Origin: Acidimicrobiales bacterium
Lineage (GTDB): Bacteria > Actinomycetota > Acidimicrobiia > Acidimicrobiales > JAUTXP01
Direction of reading: 5' to 3'
DNA: 60,056 nucleotides
NCBI GenBank assembly: GCA_035651095.1
Contig: DASRGI010000089.1
Location: 1-60,056, forward strand
Of the stretch, positions 1 to 8,809 are shown one piece after another (positions within the stretch are counted from its first letter, which is position 1; every line of letters begins with the position of its first letter). A program made the translations under genes and the position numbers. The notes below the pieces were generated by a model. It saw only the letters and a list, made by a program, of their open reading frames with translations. It had not been told where the DNA came from and searched no databases.

Positions 1-289
1 GAACCGCCTGTCCGTCGAGCTCAAGTCGGACGTCGAGCTGTGCGCCACGCTGCGGGACCGGCTCCTCGCCCCTCGCCTGGCCGACCTCCGGCGCATCCTC
101 CAACGGGCCGTCGAGCAGGGTGAGCTGCCCAAGCAGAAGGCCCCGTCGGCCGACGTCGCCCTCAGCCTGGTGATCGGCCCGGTGTACCACCGCGTCTTCG
201 TACTGGACGAGCCGATCACGCCGGCGTTCCTGCGGGTCGTGGCCGGCTTCGCGTGCGCTGGTTTGGTGGCATCGGCCGCTACCCGCTGA
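1..289 (+). CDS. TetR/AcrR-family regulator, C-terminal fragment (5' end outside window)
   Basis: Frame 2 is open from the window edge to TGA at 287-289. The tail (..LRDRLLAPRLADLRRILQRAVEQGELP..VIGPVYHRVFVLDEPITPAFL..) looks like the helical ligand-binding half of TetR regulators. The HTH part is not in the window. Confidence 0.45.
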   Translation, partial: NRLSVELKSDVELCATLRDRLLAPRLADLRRILQRAVEQGELPKQKAPSADVALSLVIGPVYHRVFVLDEPITPAFLRVVAGFACAGLVASAATR

Positions 290-315
290 AGTGCTTCCGT
301 CAACAGGCCGGTAGG

Positions 316-1623
316 ATGCATACGGCCCGAACCGAGGATGGGGGTGCAGTGGCAGAGTCGATCACCGTCACGGACAACCGCTCCGGGGAGTCCTTCGAGA
401 TCCCCATCGTGAATGGAGGTATTGCGTCCAGCGAATGGCGCAAGGGCCTCCCGGATGTCCTGTTCTACGACCCGTCGTTCATGGCGACCGCCGTGTGCGA
501 ATCGGGCGTCACGTACCTCGACGGGGACAACGGGATCCTCCGGTACCGGGGCTATCCCATCGAGCAGCTGGCCGAGAAGTCGACCTACCTCGAAGTGGCC
601 TACCTGCTCATCCACGGCGACCTGCCGGATGCCAAGCGGTACGACGAGTGGGTGCACGAGATCACGTACCACACGTTCATCCACGAGAACGTGCGCAAGC
701 GCTTCCTCGAGGGCTTCCACTACGACGCCCACCCCATGGGCATGCTCGTATCGGCGGTCGCCGCCCTGTCCACCTTCTACCTCGACGCCAAGCAGATCCA
801 CGACGAGGAGAGCAGGCACAAGCAGATCGTGCGGCTCATCGCCAAGATGCCGACGATGGCGGCCGCCTGCCACCGCTTCAGCGTGGGCATGCCGTTCGTG
901 TACCCGGACAACTCGCTCGACTTCACCTCGAACTTCCTCTCGATGATGTGGAAGATCGCCGAGCCCCGGTACGAGCCCGACCCTGCACTGTCCCGGGCGC
1001 TCGACATCCTCTTCATCCTCCACGCCGACCACGAGCAGAACTGCGGCACCACCGCCATGCGCACCGCGGGCTCGGCCCACGCCGACCCCTACTCGTGCGC
1101 GGCCGCGGCCTGCGCCGCCCTCTACGGGCCCCGGCACGGCGGCGCCAACGAGGCCGTGATCCACATGCTCACCGAGATCGGCAGCTTGGAGAACGTGCCC
1201 GACTTCATCCAGGCGGTGAAGGCAGGCAAGGGCCGGCTCCAGGGCTTCGGCCACCGGGTCTACAAGAACTACGACCCCCGAGCCAAGATCATCAAGCAGG
1301 CGGCCGACGACGTCTTCAAGGTCACCGGCAAGAACCCCCTCCTCGACATCGCCCTGAAGCTCGAGGAGACGGCCCTGTCGGACGAGTACTTCGTCTCCCG
1401 GCGGCTGTACCCGAACGTGGACTTCTACTCCGGCCTCATCTACCAGGCCATGGGCTTCCCCATCGAGATGTTCACCGTGCTGTTTGCCATCCCCCGCATG
1501 TCCGGATGGCTGGCCCACTGGGTGGAGCTGCTGGACCAGGACCAGAAGATCTACCGGCCCCGCCAGCTGTACGTCGGTGCCGACCAGCGCGACTACGTCC
1601 CCCTGGCACAGCGCACCAGCTAG
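316..1623 (+). CDS. gltA: citrate synthase
   Basis: Track ORF 253-1623. I chose the ATG at 316 because the GTG at 253 would overlap the upstream gene. Motifs: GYPIEQLAEKSTYLEVAYLLIHGDLP, LHADHEQNCGT, GPRHGGANE, GFGHRVYKNYDPRA. Confidence 0.9.
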   Translation: MHTARTEDGGAVAESITVTDNRSGESFEIPIVNGGIASSEWRKGLPDVLFYDPSFMATAVCESGVTYLDGDNGILRYRGYPIEQLAEKSTYLEVAYLLIHGDLPDAKRYDEWVHEITYHTFIHENVRKRFLEGFHYDAHPMGMLVSAVAALSTFYLDAKQIHDEESRHKQIVRLIAKMPTMAAACHRFSVGMPFVYPDNSLDFTSNFLSMMWKIAEPRYEPDPALSRALDILFILHADHEQNCGTTAMRTAGSAHADPYSCAAAACAALYGPRHGGANEAVIHMLTEIGSLENVPDFIQAVKAGKGRLQGFGHRVYKNYDPRAKIIKQAADDVFKVTGKNPLLDIALKLEETALSDEYFVSRRLYPNVDFYSGLIYQAMGFPIEMFTVLFAIPRMSGWLAHWVELLDQDQKIYRPRQLYVGADQRDYVPLAQRTS

Positions 1624-1668
1624 GTCCGGGCGTACGCTCCGGGCATCAGCCGATGTGAAGGGGGAGCG

Positions 1669-2448
1669 ATGCCTGAGATGACCGGCTACGCCAACGGGGT
1701 GCCGTCCTGGGTCGACCTGTCCAGTCCCGACATCGCCGCTTCCGCGGCCTTCTACGGCGGGCTGTTCGGGTGGCAGTTCCAGGACGCGGGCCCCGACGCC
1801 GGCGGCTACGGCATGTTCCTCCTGCGGGGGAAGATGGTGGCCGGCCTGGGACCGCTGCAGGACCCGAACCAGCCGCCGGCGTGGAGCACGTACGTCAACG
1901 TGGACGACGCCGACACCACGGTGAAGACGGCCCGGGAGGAGGGGGCCACGGTCTTCGTGGAGCCCATGGACGTGATGGACGCCGGGCGCATGGCCATCTT
2001 CGCCGACCCCACCGGTGCGGTCGCCGGCATCTGGCAGCCGGGCCAGCACCGAGGTGCCCAGCTGGTGAACGAGCCGGGCGCGTTCTGCTGGAACGAGCTC
2101 AACACCCGCGACCCCGATCGGGCCAAGGCCTTCTATGCCGCCGTGTTCGGCTGGGAGGCCGACACGCAGAGCATGGGCGAGGGCGGGCCCAGCTACACCG
2201 AGTTCAAGGTGGGCGGCCGCAGTGTGGCCGGGATGATGGACATGCGGGGACGGTTGCCCGATGAGGCCCCGCCCCACTGGCTGGTGTACTTCGCGGTGGA
2301 CGACACCGACCAGACGGTGGCCACCGCCACTCAGCAGGGGGGCATGACGTTCATGCCCCCGATGGACCTCCCTGTTGGCCGCTTCGCCGTGCTGGGCGAC
2401 CCCGAGGGTGCGGTGTTCGCCGTCATCAAGATGCAGCCTGCGGAGTAG
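1669..2448 (+). CDS. two-domain VOC (glyoxalase/bleomycin-resistance fold) protein
   Basis: 259-aa ORF with a GGGGAG Shine-Dalgarno before the ATG. It is an internally duplicated module (..FYGGLFGW.. / ..FYAAVFGWE.., each followed by GR.A.. DP.GA.F), typical of tandem VOC domains. Confidence 0.7.
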   Translation: MPEMTGYANGVPSWVDLSSPDIAASAAFYGGLFGWQFQDAGPDAGGYGMFLLRGKMVAGLGPLQDPNQPPAWSTYVNVDDADTTVKTAREEGATVFVEPMDVMDAGRMAIFADPTGAVAGIWQPGQHRGAQLVNEPGAFCWNELNTRDPDRAKAFYAAVFGWEADTQSMGEGGPSYTEFKVGGRSVAGMMDMRGRLPDEAPPHWLVYFAVDDTDQTVATATQQGGMTFMPPMDLPVGRFAVLGDPEGAVFAVIKMQPAE

Positions 2449-2460
2449 GGCACGCGACAA

Positions 2461-2494
2461 GGGAGGGGCGCCGCCGCTCGCCCCTCCCTTCTCC
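2461..2494 (+). terminator. GC-rich hairpin terminator after the VOC gene
   Basis: GGGAGGGGCG (2461-2470) pairs perfectly with CGCCCCTCCC (2479-2488) across an 8-nt loop. It is followed by TTCTCC, a weak U tract. Confidence 0.5.
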
Positions 2495-2503
2495 TACGCC
2501 AAA

Positions 2504-2542
2504 GGGGGCCCGGCAGTGCCGGGGGACACTGCCGGACCCCCC
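2504..2542 (-). terminator. second hairpin, probably terminating the small minus-strand ORF
   Basis: CCGGCAGTG (2510-2518) pairs with CACTGCCGG (2527-2535), extended by GGGGG/CCCCC. It lies about 30 nt after the stop of ORF 2574-2753 on the minus strand. Confidence 0.4.
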
Positions 2543-2573
2543 AATGCGCACGATCTCCGTGCGCCCCCCGGTC

Positions 2574-2753
2574 CTACTGGGGCGGCAGCGTGTTGCACGC
2601 TGCCTGGTTGACCACGTCGGAACCGTTCACCGTCACCGTGAGGCTATGGCACTCGGTAGCGGAGGGATCGGCGTGAGCGGCGGTGGCGGCCGCCACTCCC
2701 CACCCCAACGTCGACATCGCCGTCAGGGCCACGGTGGCAAGCACCTTCTTCAT
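2574..2753 (-). CDS. small secreted Cys-containing peptide (59 aa, below the ORF-track cutoff)
   Basis: My translation: MKKVLATVALTAMSTLGWGVAAATAAHA|DPSATECHSLTVTVNGSDVVNQAACNTLPPQ*. There is a strong SD (AAAGGAGA) 8 nt upstream of the ATG at 2753, a classic signal peptide with an AHA cleavage motif, GC-rich third positions and a hairpin downstream. Confidence 0.5.
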   Translation of the reverse strand: MKKVLATVALTAMSTLGWGVAAATAAHADPSATECHSLTVTVNGSDVVNQAACNTLPPQ

Positions 2754-2838
2754 GTCCCAGGTCTCCTTTCGCGTGTGGTCCTCCCGGGAGGACGCACGGA
2801 TAACGGACAGCCCGGCCGAAACTTGCGGTCACGTCTGG

Positions 2839-3735
2839 TCAGAGCGGTTGATCGGGCACATCCGGCCAGCCGTCGGGCAGGACCCGGTCGCCGGTCGTCA
2901 TGCGCAAGTAGACCTGCCAGCGGTAGTACCCCTGGAACGCCCGCTCGTCGGCCTGCAGCACGGCGGCGTAGCGCTTGATGGCGACGACGTAGTGGCTCGA
3001 TCGGTTGTAGCTGAACAGGGCGTCGTCCATGCGGGCGGGGGCGCCGTTGCGCTTGAGCAGGCGGGCGGCGGCGAACACGGCGTCGTGCACGTTCTGGATG
3101 TCGCCCCCGTTGCCGTACTGCTTCCACGTGTCGGGGAGGAACTGCATGGGCCCCTGGGCCCCGGCCGTGCTCGTGCCCCGCACCCGGCCGAACTTGGTCT
3201 CGACGAAGTGGATGGCGGCCAGGTAGGTCCAGGGCACGCCGATCTCCCGCTGGGCCGCCCGGTAGTCGGCCAGCAGTTCCTCGGCCGGCGGAGGGGGGAC
3301 GATGCGCCACGGCGGGAGCGACGTGCGGGCGACGGTGAGGGCCCGCAGCTCGACGGCGGCGGTGGCGTTGGCGTCGACCGCGTCACGCAGGGCCGGCGCG
3401 GCGGCGGCCACTGCGGCCACCGTCTCGGCCTTGAGCTCGGGGCGCAGGCCGATGGCCCGGTACCCGGCCTGCTGCTGGCGGGCCGCGGCCAGGAGGGCTT
3501 CGGGTGAGGCGGCCGGATCCCGCAGGGCCGCCTCCGCCTGGCTGAGGCGGCCGGCCAACGTGGCCGGGACGGTTGTGGTCGTGGGGGCGGCCGTGGTCGT
3601 GGTCGACGTGGGCGCGACCGACGGCGTCGTCGGCCCCGTCGTGGTGGTCGGCGTGGCGCGGCGGGCCGCCGGGCTGCATCCCCCCAGCACCAGCACGACC
3701 GACACCAGCGCGGCCGCCACCGCTCGATGCGTCAC
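2839..3735 (-). CDS. lytic transglycosylase-like lipoprotein
   Basis: The C-terminal part of track ORF 2839-4383. A GTG at 3735 overlaps the upstream stop (GTGA). Features: lipobox LVLGGC, a Thr/Pro linker, then ..WTYLAAIHFVETKFGR..GAQGPMQFLPDTW..YNRSSHYV.., a transglycosylase-type catalytic Glu context. Confidence 0.7.
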   Translation of the reverse strand: MTHRAVAAALVSVVLVLGGCSPAARRATPTTTTGPTTPSVAPTSTTTTAAPTTTTVPATLAGRLSQAEAALRDPAASPEALLAAARQQQAGYRAIGLRPELKAETVAAVAAAAPALRDAVDANATAAVELRALTVARTSLPPWRIVPPPPAEELLADYRAAQREIGVPWTYLAAIHFVETKFGRVRGTSTAGAQGPMQFLPDTWKQYGNGGDIQNVHDAVFAAARLLKRNGAPARMDDALFSYNRSSHYVVAIKRYAAVLQADERAFQGYYRWQVYLRMTTGDRVLPDGWPDVPDQPL

Positions 3736-5075
3736 CCCAACCGGTACAGGCCCTGGCCCTGGCCGATGCTGAGCCCCCACAGTTCGCCGTCCGGGCTCTG
3801 GCCGAAGGACGTGAAGAACGGGAGCTTGGGGCCGACCACGGCATGGTCCACGCCCGAGCCGTTGGGGGTGAGCGACTCCAGCACGCCGGTGCAGTAGTCG
3901 GCGAACAGGTACGCGCCCTGGAGGGTGGGGAACTCGGCGCCGTGGTACACGTACCCGCCCACCACCGCGCACCGGCCCGAGGCATGCGGGTACTCCCACG
4001 CCGGGTCGATCATGTTGGGCGGGGGCGTGCCCCCGTTGAAGCCCGGGTGGTCGCCCTCGCGGTAGTTCCAGCCGTAGTTGTCGCCGCCGGTGGAGCCGAC
4101 GGGCTGGCGATCGACCTCTTCCCAGTCGCTCTCGCCCACGTCGCCGATCCAGAGCTTGCCCGGCCCGTCGAACGAGAAGCGCCACGGGTTGCGGAAGCCG
4201 TAGGCCCAGATCTCGGGCATGACGCCGGGCCGGCCCACGAAGGGGTTGTCGGGCGGGATGGTGTAGGGCGCGGTGGCCGACGGATGGGGATCGATGCGGA
4301 GAATCTTGCCCAGCAGGTTCTGCAGGTTCTGGGCGTTGTTGTTGGGGTCGCCGCCCCGCTCGCCGTCGCCGAAGCTGAGCCACAACATGCCGTCGGGGCC
4401 GAACGCCAACTGCCCGCCGTTGTGCTCGCTGCCCGGCCGGGTGACCTGGAGCAGTTCGCGCTGGGCCCCCGATGCCAGGTCCACCTCGACGATGTGCGAC
4501 TCATTGCTCGACCCCGTGTAGTGCACGTACATGAAGGAGCCGTCAGGGGAGAACGTGATGCCGATGAGGCCCTGCTCGCCGTCGGTGGTGTTGGTGACGG
4601 ACCGCACGTCCAGCACGGGATTGGGGTCGACTTGCCCGTTCAGGACCCGGCGCACCAGGCCCGCCCGCTCGGTGACGTAGACGGCCGGGTCACCGGGCCT
4701 GAAGGCAACGGACGTCGGCTGCTGGAGGGCGGCGACCTCGTTCCACTGCAACTTGGGCGGCGGGGGCACGGTGACGGGCGGGGTCGGTGAAGTCGTGACC
4801 ACGACCGTACTGTCCGTGGTGCGGACCGTGGCCCGCGACGTGCGGGCCGGTGCCTTGGCCGCGGCGCCGGGTGCGGACGTGGCGGTGGGCGCGGGCAGGG
4901 TGGTGGTGGGCGACGAGGGCAGGGTGAACTCGGGCCCGCTGGGCGTCGTGGTGGTGGTGGGGCCGACGGGCAGGCGCAGGCCGTTGTCGGCTTCCCGCCA
5001 GGGCCCGCAGGCCGCCGACACCAAGGCCATGGCCAGCGCCAGCGCGGGGAGCATCCCCGGTCCCCGGCCGTGCAT
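3732..5075 (-). CDS. PQQ-dependent (glucose/sorbosone-type) sugar dehydrogenase lipoprotein
   Basis: 447-aa ORF with signal peptide and lipobox (LVSAAC). Motifs: EHNGGQLAFGPDGMLW, AYGFRNPWRFSFD, GDVGESDWEE, YEYPH..GRCAVVGGYVY. Confidence 0.8.
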   Translation of the reverse strand: MHGRGPGMLPALALAMALVSAACGPWREADNGLRLPVGPTTTTTPSGPEFTLPSSPTTTLPAPTATSAPGAAAKAPARTSRATVRTTDSTVVVTTSPTPPVTVPPPPKLQWNEVAALQQPTSVAFRPGDPAVYVTERAGLVRRVLNGQVDPNPVLDVRSVTNTTDGEQGLIGITFSPDGSFMYVHYTGSSNESHIVEVDLASGAQRELLQVTRPGSEHNGGQLAFGPDGMLWLSFGDGERGGDPNNNAQNLQNLLGKILRIDPHPSATAPYTIPPDNPFVGRPGVMPEIWAYGFRNPWRFSFDGPGKLWIGDVGESDWEEVDRQPVGSTGGDNYGWNYREGDHPGFNGGTPPPNMIDPAWEYPHASGRCAVVGGYVYHGAEFPTLQGAYLFADYCTGVLESLTPNGSGVDHAVVGPKLPFFTSFGQSPDGELWGLSIGQGQGLYRLG

Positions 5076-5136
5076 GAGGGCGGAGCTTAGGAGGTGCGGT
5101 CTTACCGCAAGGGGTCACCTCACGAGAAGACCGGCC

Positions 5137-6339
5137 TCACGAGAAGACGGGGTCGAGCCGCAGGAGGTCTCCGGTCAGAGAGAGGACATACAGCTCACCG
5201 GCCCCGTCCTCCCCGAACGAGGAGGGATTGTTGACCTTCACGCCAAGGGGCGTGACCTGCACGCCTGACGCCGAACGTCGCAGCACCTGGATGTTGCCGG
5301 CGCAGTAGTCGGCGAACAGGTAGGCGCCCTGGAACCCGCCCGCCTTGGTGCCCCGGTACACGTACCCGCCCGTGATCGAGCAGTTGCCGCCGGCGTGGCT
5401 GTACTCGTAGATCGGATCGACGCCACCCGGCGGCCGGGCGCCCTTCTGTTGGTGGGTGGCCTCGCGCCGCGACCACTCGTAGTTCTCGCCGCCCTTCGAC
5501 GCCGCCGGTTGCACGTCGATCTCCTCCCACATGTCCTGCCCCACATCCGCGATCCAGAGGTCGCCTGTCTGGCGATCGAACGAGAACCGCCACGGGTTGC
5601 GCAACCCGTAGGCCCATATCTCGGCCAGGGCGCCGGCCCGGCCCACGAAGGGGTTGCCGGGCGGGATGGCGTAGGGCTTGGCCCCGCCCGGCGTGGGCTG
5701 GATGCGCAGGATCTTGGCCAGGAGGGTGCCCAGGCTCTGGCCCCGGTTGTCGGGGTCGTGCTCGCTGCCGCCGTCGCCCACGCCGATGTAGAGGTACCCG
5801 TCGGGACCGAAGGCCAGCTGCCCGCCGTTGTGGTTGGGGTAGGTCGAGTGGGGGATGGTGAGCAGGTTGGTGACGGCGGCCGCGTTGGCGTTGGTCATGT
5901 CGTGGGCGCCGATGTGGACGTCGCCGTTGCGAGACGTCCAGTACACGTAGGCGAACGTGCCGTCGGCCGGGAAGGCGAGGCCCAGCAGGCCCTGCTCGCC
6001 GCTGGCGGCCAGGTCGCCGGACACGTCGACCACGGGAGCGCCGGTCACCGCCCCGTTCACCAGCCTGCGCACCCGGCCCGTCTTCTCGGCCACGTAGAGG
6101 GCGGGGTCGCCGGCCCGGGTGGCGAGGGCGGTGGGCTTGTCCAACTTGGCCACGGGCACGGCCTGCATGCCCTTGGCCGGCGGGGGTGGGGCGGCAGTGG
6201 TGCTCGGCGCCGCTGTCGTGGTCGTGGTGGGCGCGGCCGTTGTCGACGTGGTTGTCGTCGTGGCCGCCTTCTTGCCACCGCCGCTGCACGCGGCCGCCAC
6301 GACGGCCAGCGCCGCCGCCAACGCAACGGCGCGCCTCAC
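5137..6339 (-). CDS. PQQ-dependent sugar dehydrogenase lipoprotein, paralog of 3732-5075
   Basis: A GTG at 6339 overlaps the tesB stop (GTGA). Lipobox VVAAAC. Same motif set as the paralog: NHNGGQLAFGPDGYLY, AYGLRNPWRFSFD, ADVGQDMWEE, CSITGGYVY. Confidence 0.8.
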   Translation of the reverse strand: MRRAVALAAALAVVAAACSGGGKKAATTTTTSTTAAPTTTTTAAPSTTAAPPPPAKGMQAVPVAKLDKPTALATRAGDPALYVAEKTGRVRRLVNGAVTGAPVVDVSGDLAASGEQGLLGLAFPADGTFAYVYWTSRNGDVHIGAHDMTNANAAAVTNLLTIPHSTYPNHNGGQLAFGPDGYLYIGVGDGGSEHDPDNRGQSLGTLLAKILRIQPTPGGAKPYAIPPGNPFVGRAGALAEIWAYGLRNPWRFSFDRQTGDLWIADVGQDMWEEIDVQPAASKGGENYEWSRREATHQQKGARPPGGVDPIYEYSHAGGNCSITGGYVYRGTKAGGFQGAYLFADYCAGNIQVLRRSASGVQVTPLGVKVNNPSSFGEDGAGELYVLSLTGDLLRLDPVFS

Positions 6340-7190
6340 TGACGGTCGCGCCGTCGGATGAGGCCCTCCTGCATGACGGACACCACCAGCGTCCCGCCCC
6401 GGGTGAAGATGCGCCCCGACGCCAAGCCCCGGGCCCCGTGGGCGGAGGGGCTCTCCTGGTCGTACAGCAGCCACTCGTCGGCCCGGAACGGGCGGTGGAA
6501 CCACATGGCGTGATCGAGGCTGGCGCCCTGCACGGTCTGCTCCTGCCAGCTCAGCTCGTGGGCCACGAGGATGGAGTCGAGGAGGGTCATGTCGGACGCG
6601 TAGGCCACCACGCACGCGTGGAGCAGCGGGTCGTCAGGGAGGGTGCCGTCGGTGCGGATCCACTGCTGGAGATGGGGCTCTCGGGGACCGGTTCCCACGA
6701 AGGGCGGATCGTGCACGTGGCGCAGATCGATGGGCCGGGGCCGCTCGTACCACTCGCCCAACATGTCCTTCCACGGGGCCATGCGCTCGTGGAAGGTGGG
6801 GAGGGACTCGGGGTCGGGCGCCGGGGGCATGGGCACCTGGTGGTCGGGGCCGTCCTCCTCCCGGTGGAAGGACGCCGACAGGTTGAAGATGGCCTTGCCG
6901 TGCTGGATGGCGACCACCCGGCGGGTGGTGAAGGAGCGGCCGTCCCTGATGCGGTCGACCTCGTAGAGGATGGGGACGTTCGGGTCGCCGGGGCGCAGGA
7001 AGTAGGCGTGCAGGGAGTGGACGGGACGGTCGGGATCGACCGTGCGCCCGGCCGCCACCAGGGCCTGCCCGGCCACCTGCCCGCCGAAGACCCGCTGGCG
7101 TTTTTCGTCCGGACTGCGGCCCCGGAAGATGTTCTCCTCGATGGGCTCGAGGTCGAGCAGCTCAACGAGGTCGTCCAGGGCTTCGCTCAC
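6336..7190 (-). CDS. tesB: acyl-CoA thioesterase II
   Basis: 284 aa. LDLEPIEENIFRGRSP..RVFGGQVAGQALVAAGRTV..HSLHAYFLRPGD.. and a double hotdog layout. Confidence 0.85.
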   Translation of the reverse strand: MSEALDDLVELLDLEPIEENIFRGRSPDEKRQRVFGGQVAGQALVAAGRTVDPDRPVHSLHAYFLRPGDPNVPILYEVDRIRDGRSFTTRRVVAIQHGKAIFNLSASFHREEDGPDHQVPMPPAPDPESLPTFHERMAPWKDMLGEWYERPRPIDLRHVHDPPFVGTGPREPHLQQWIRTDGTLPDDPLLHACVVAYASDMTLLDSILVAHELSWQEQTVQGASLDHAMWFHRPFRADEWLLYDQESPSAHGARGLASGRIFTRGGTLVVSVMQEGLIRRRDRQ

Positions 7191-7250
7191 GGTCCCTCAT
7201 CCTGCTCGGTCCTGGGGTGGGCGCGCGACCGCCACCTAAACTGCGCCGTC

Positions 7251-7748
7251 GTGCGAGACCTCGCGAACCGGCTGTTCGACCATGCCCGCACGCCCGCTGG
7301 GAAGAAGGCCATCCGCTACACGCTGGCCTCGGTGATCTCCGTCGTCGTGTCCCAGGTGGCGTTCGTCGTCGCCTTCGGCCTGCTGCGTTGGACGGCCCGG
7401 TCGTCGGCCATCACCGCCACCGCCATCGGCAGCGTGCCGTCGTACTACCTCAACCGGTACTGGGCCTGGGGCAAGACCGGGCGCTCCCATCTCTGGAAGG
7501 AGATCCTGCCCTTCTGGGTGATCGCCTTCGTGGGGCTGGCCTTCTCCACGTGGTCGTCGGACGCGGCCGAGACGTACGTCAACCAACACCACTACGGCCA
7601 CCTGGCCAAGACCCTGCTCGTGACGGGCGCCTACTTCGGCGCCTTCGCCGTGCTGTGGGTCGCCAAGTTCGTGATCTTCAACAAGATCCTGTTCGTGACC
7701 AAGGACGAGGACCTGCAAGCGGCCCTCGGGAACGAGGTGGTGGGATGA
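7251..7748 (+). CDS. GtrA-family membrane protein
   Basis: In-frame GTG at 7251 inside track ORF 6186-7748. Four hydrophobic helices, with ..IRYTLASVISVVVSQVAFVVAFG.. and YYLNRYWAWG typical of GtrA. Confidence 0.7.
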   Translation: MRDLANRLFDHARTPAGKKAIRYTLASVISVVVSQVAFVVAFGLLRWTARSSAITATAIGSVPSYYLNRYWAWGKTGRSHLWKEILPFWVIAFVGLAFSTWSSDAAETYVNQHHYGHLAKTLLVTGAYFGAFAVLWVAKFVIFNKILFVTKDEDLQAALGNEVVG

Positions 7749-8809
7749 CGTCCGGCGCGTTCGAGGAGGCGGCGGCCAAGGTCCGGCCCGTGGACGAGGG
7801 CGCGGCCGCGGCCGCCCGCCAATTCCACCTGTCGCTCACCAAGCCGCCGGGGTCGCTGGGCCGGCTGGAGGACGCGGGCGTGCAGCTGGCCGCCATCGCC
7901 GGGGTGGTCCCGCCGCCCGTCCCCGAGCCCGCGGCGGTGGCCGTGTTCGCCGGCGACCACGGCGTGCTGGCCGAGGGCGTGTCCCCCTGGCCGGCCGAGG
8001 TCACGGCCCAGATGGTCGCCAACTTCTGCGCAGGGGGCGCCGCCATCAACGTGCTGGCGCGGCACGCGGGCGCGTCGGTCACCGTGGTCGACGTGGGCGT
8101 GGCCACCCCGCACCTGGTGGAGTCCCACCCCAACCTGGTGCTCGCCAACGTGCGCCGGGGCACGGGCGACCTGATGGTCGAGCCGGCCATGACGCTGGAC
8201 GAGGCCACGCAGGCGCTCGATGTCGGGGCGGAGGTGGCGGCATCGCTGGTGGCCGGCGGGGCCCGCTGCCTGGTGACGGGGGACATGGGCATCGGCAACA
8301 CCACGCCCTCGGCCGCCCTCGTCGCCGCCTTCACCGGCCGCTCCGCCGCCCAGATCACGGGCCGGGGAACGGGCATCGACGACGAGACGCTGGCCCGCAA
8401 GGTGCAGGTGGTCGACGCCGCCCTGGCCCGCACGGGCGCGGACGGCCCGCTGGCCACGCTGGCATCGCTGGGCGGGTTGGAGCACGCCGCCCTGGCCGGG
8501 TTCATGGTGGGCGCCGCCGCCGCCGGCGTGCCCGCGGTGGTCGACGGCGTGATCGCCTGCTCGGCTCTCCTGGCGGCCGTGGCCCTGGTGCCCGACGTGC
8601 TGGGCTACTGCATCGCCGGCCACCGCAGCAGCGAGCCCGGTGCCAGCGCCGTGCTGGCTCACCTGGGCCTGGTGCCCGTGCTCGACCTGGAGCTGCGGCT
8701 GGGCGAGGGCTCGGGCGCCTGCCTGGCCGTGCCCGTCGTGCAGGCCGCGGCCAAGATCATGCGGGAGATGGCGACGTTCGACTCGGCCGGGGTCAGCTCG
8801 AAGACCTGA
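7745..8809 (+). CDS. cobT: nicotinate-nucleotide--dimethylbenzimidazole phosphoribosyltransferase
   Basis: The ATG at 7745 overlaps the GtrA stop (ATGA). Motifs: LTKPPGSLGRLED, VFAGDHGV, GDMGIGNTT, LRLGEGSGA. Confidence 0.85.
   Translation: MTSGAFEEAAAKVRPVDEGAAAAARQFHLSLTKPPGSLGRLEDAGVQLAAIAGVVPPPVPEPAAVAVFAGDHGVLAEGVSPWPAEVTAQMVANFCAGGAAINVLARHAGASVTVVDVGVATPHLVESHPNLVLANVRRGTGDLMVEPAMTLDEATQALDVGAEVAASLVAGGARCLVTGDMGIGNTTPSAALVAAFTGRSAAQITGRGTGIDDETLARKVQVVDAALARTGADGPLATLASLGGLEHAALAGFMVGAAAAGVPAVVDGVIACSALLAAVALVPDVLGYCIAGHRSSEPGASAVLAHLGLVPVLDLELRLGEGSGACLAVPVVQAAAKIMREMATFDSAGVSSKT

Noticed and set aside
253-315. Upstream GTG start (253) for citrate synthase.
   Set aside because: It would overlap the TetR-like gene end by 37 nt and add a non-conserved Arg-rich leader. 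The ATG at 316 gives a normal citrate synthase N-terminus. This is not proven.
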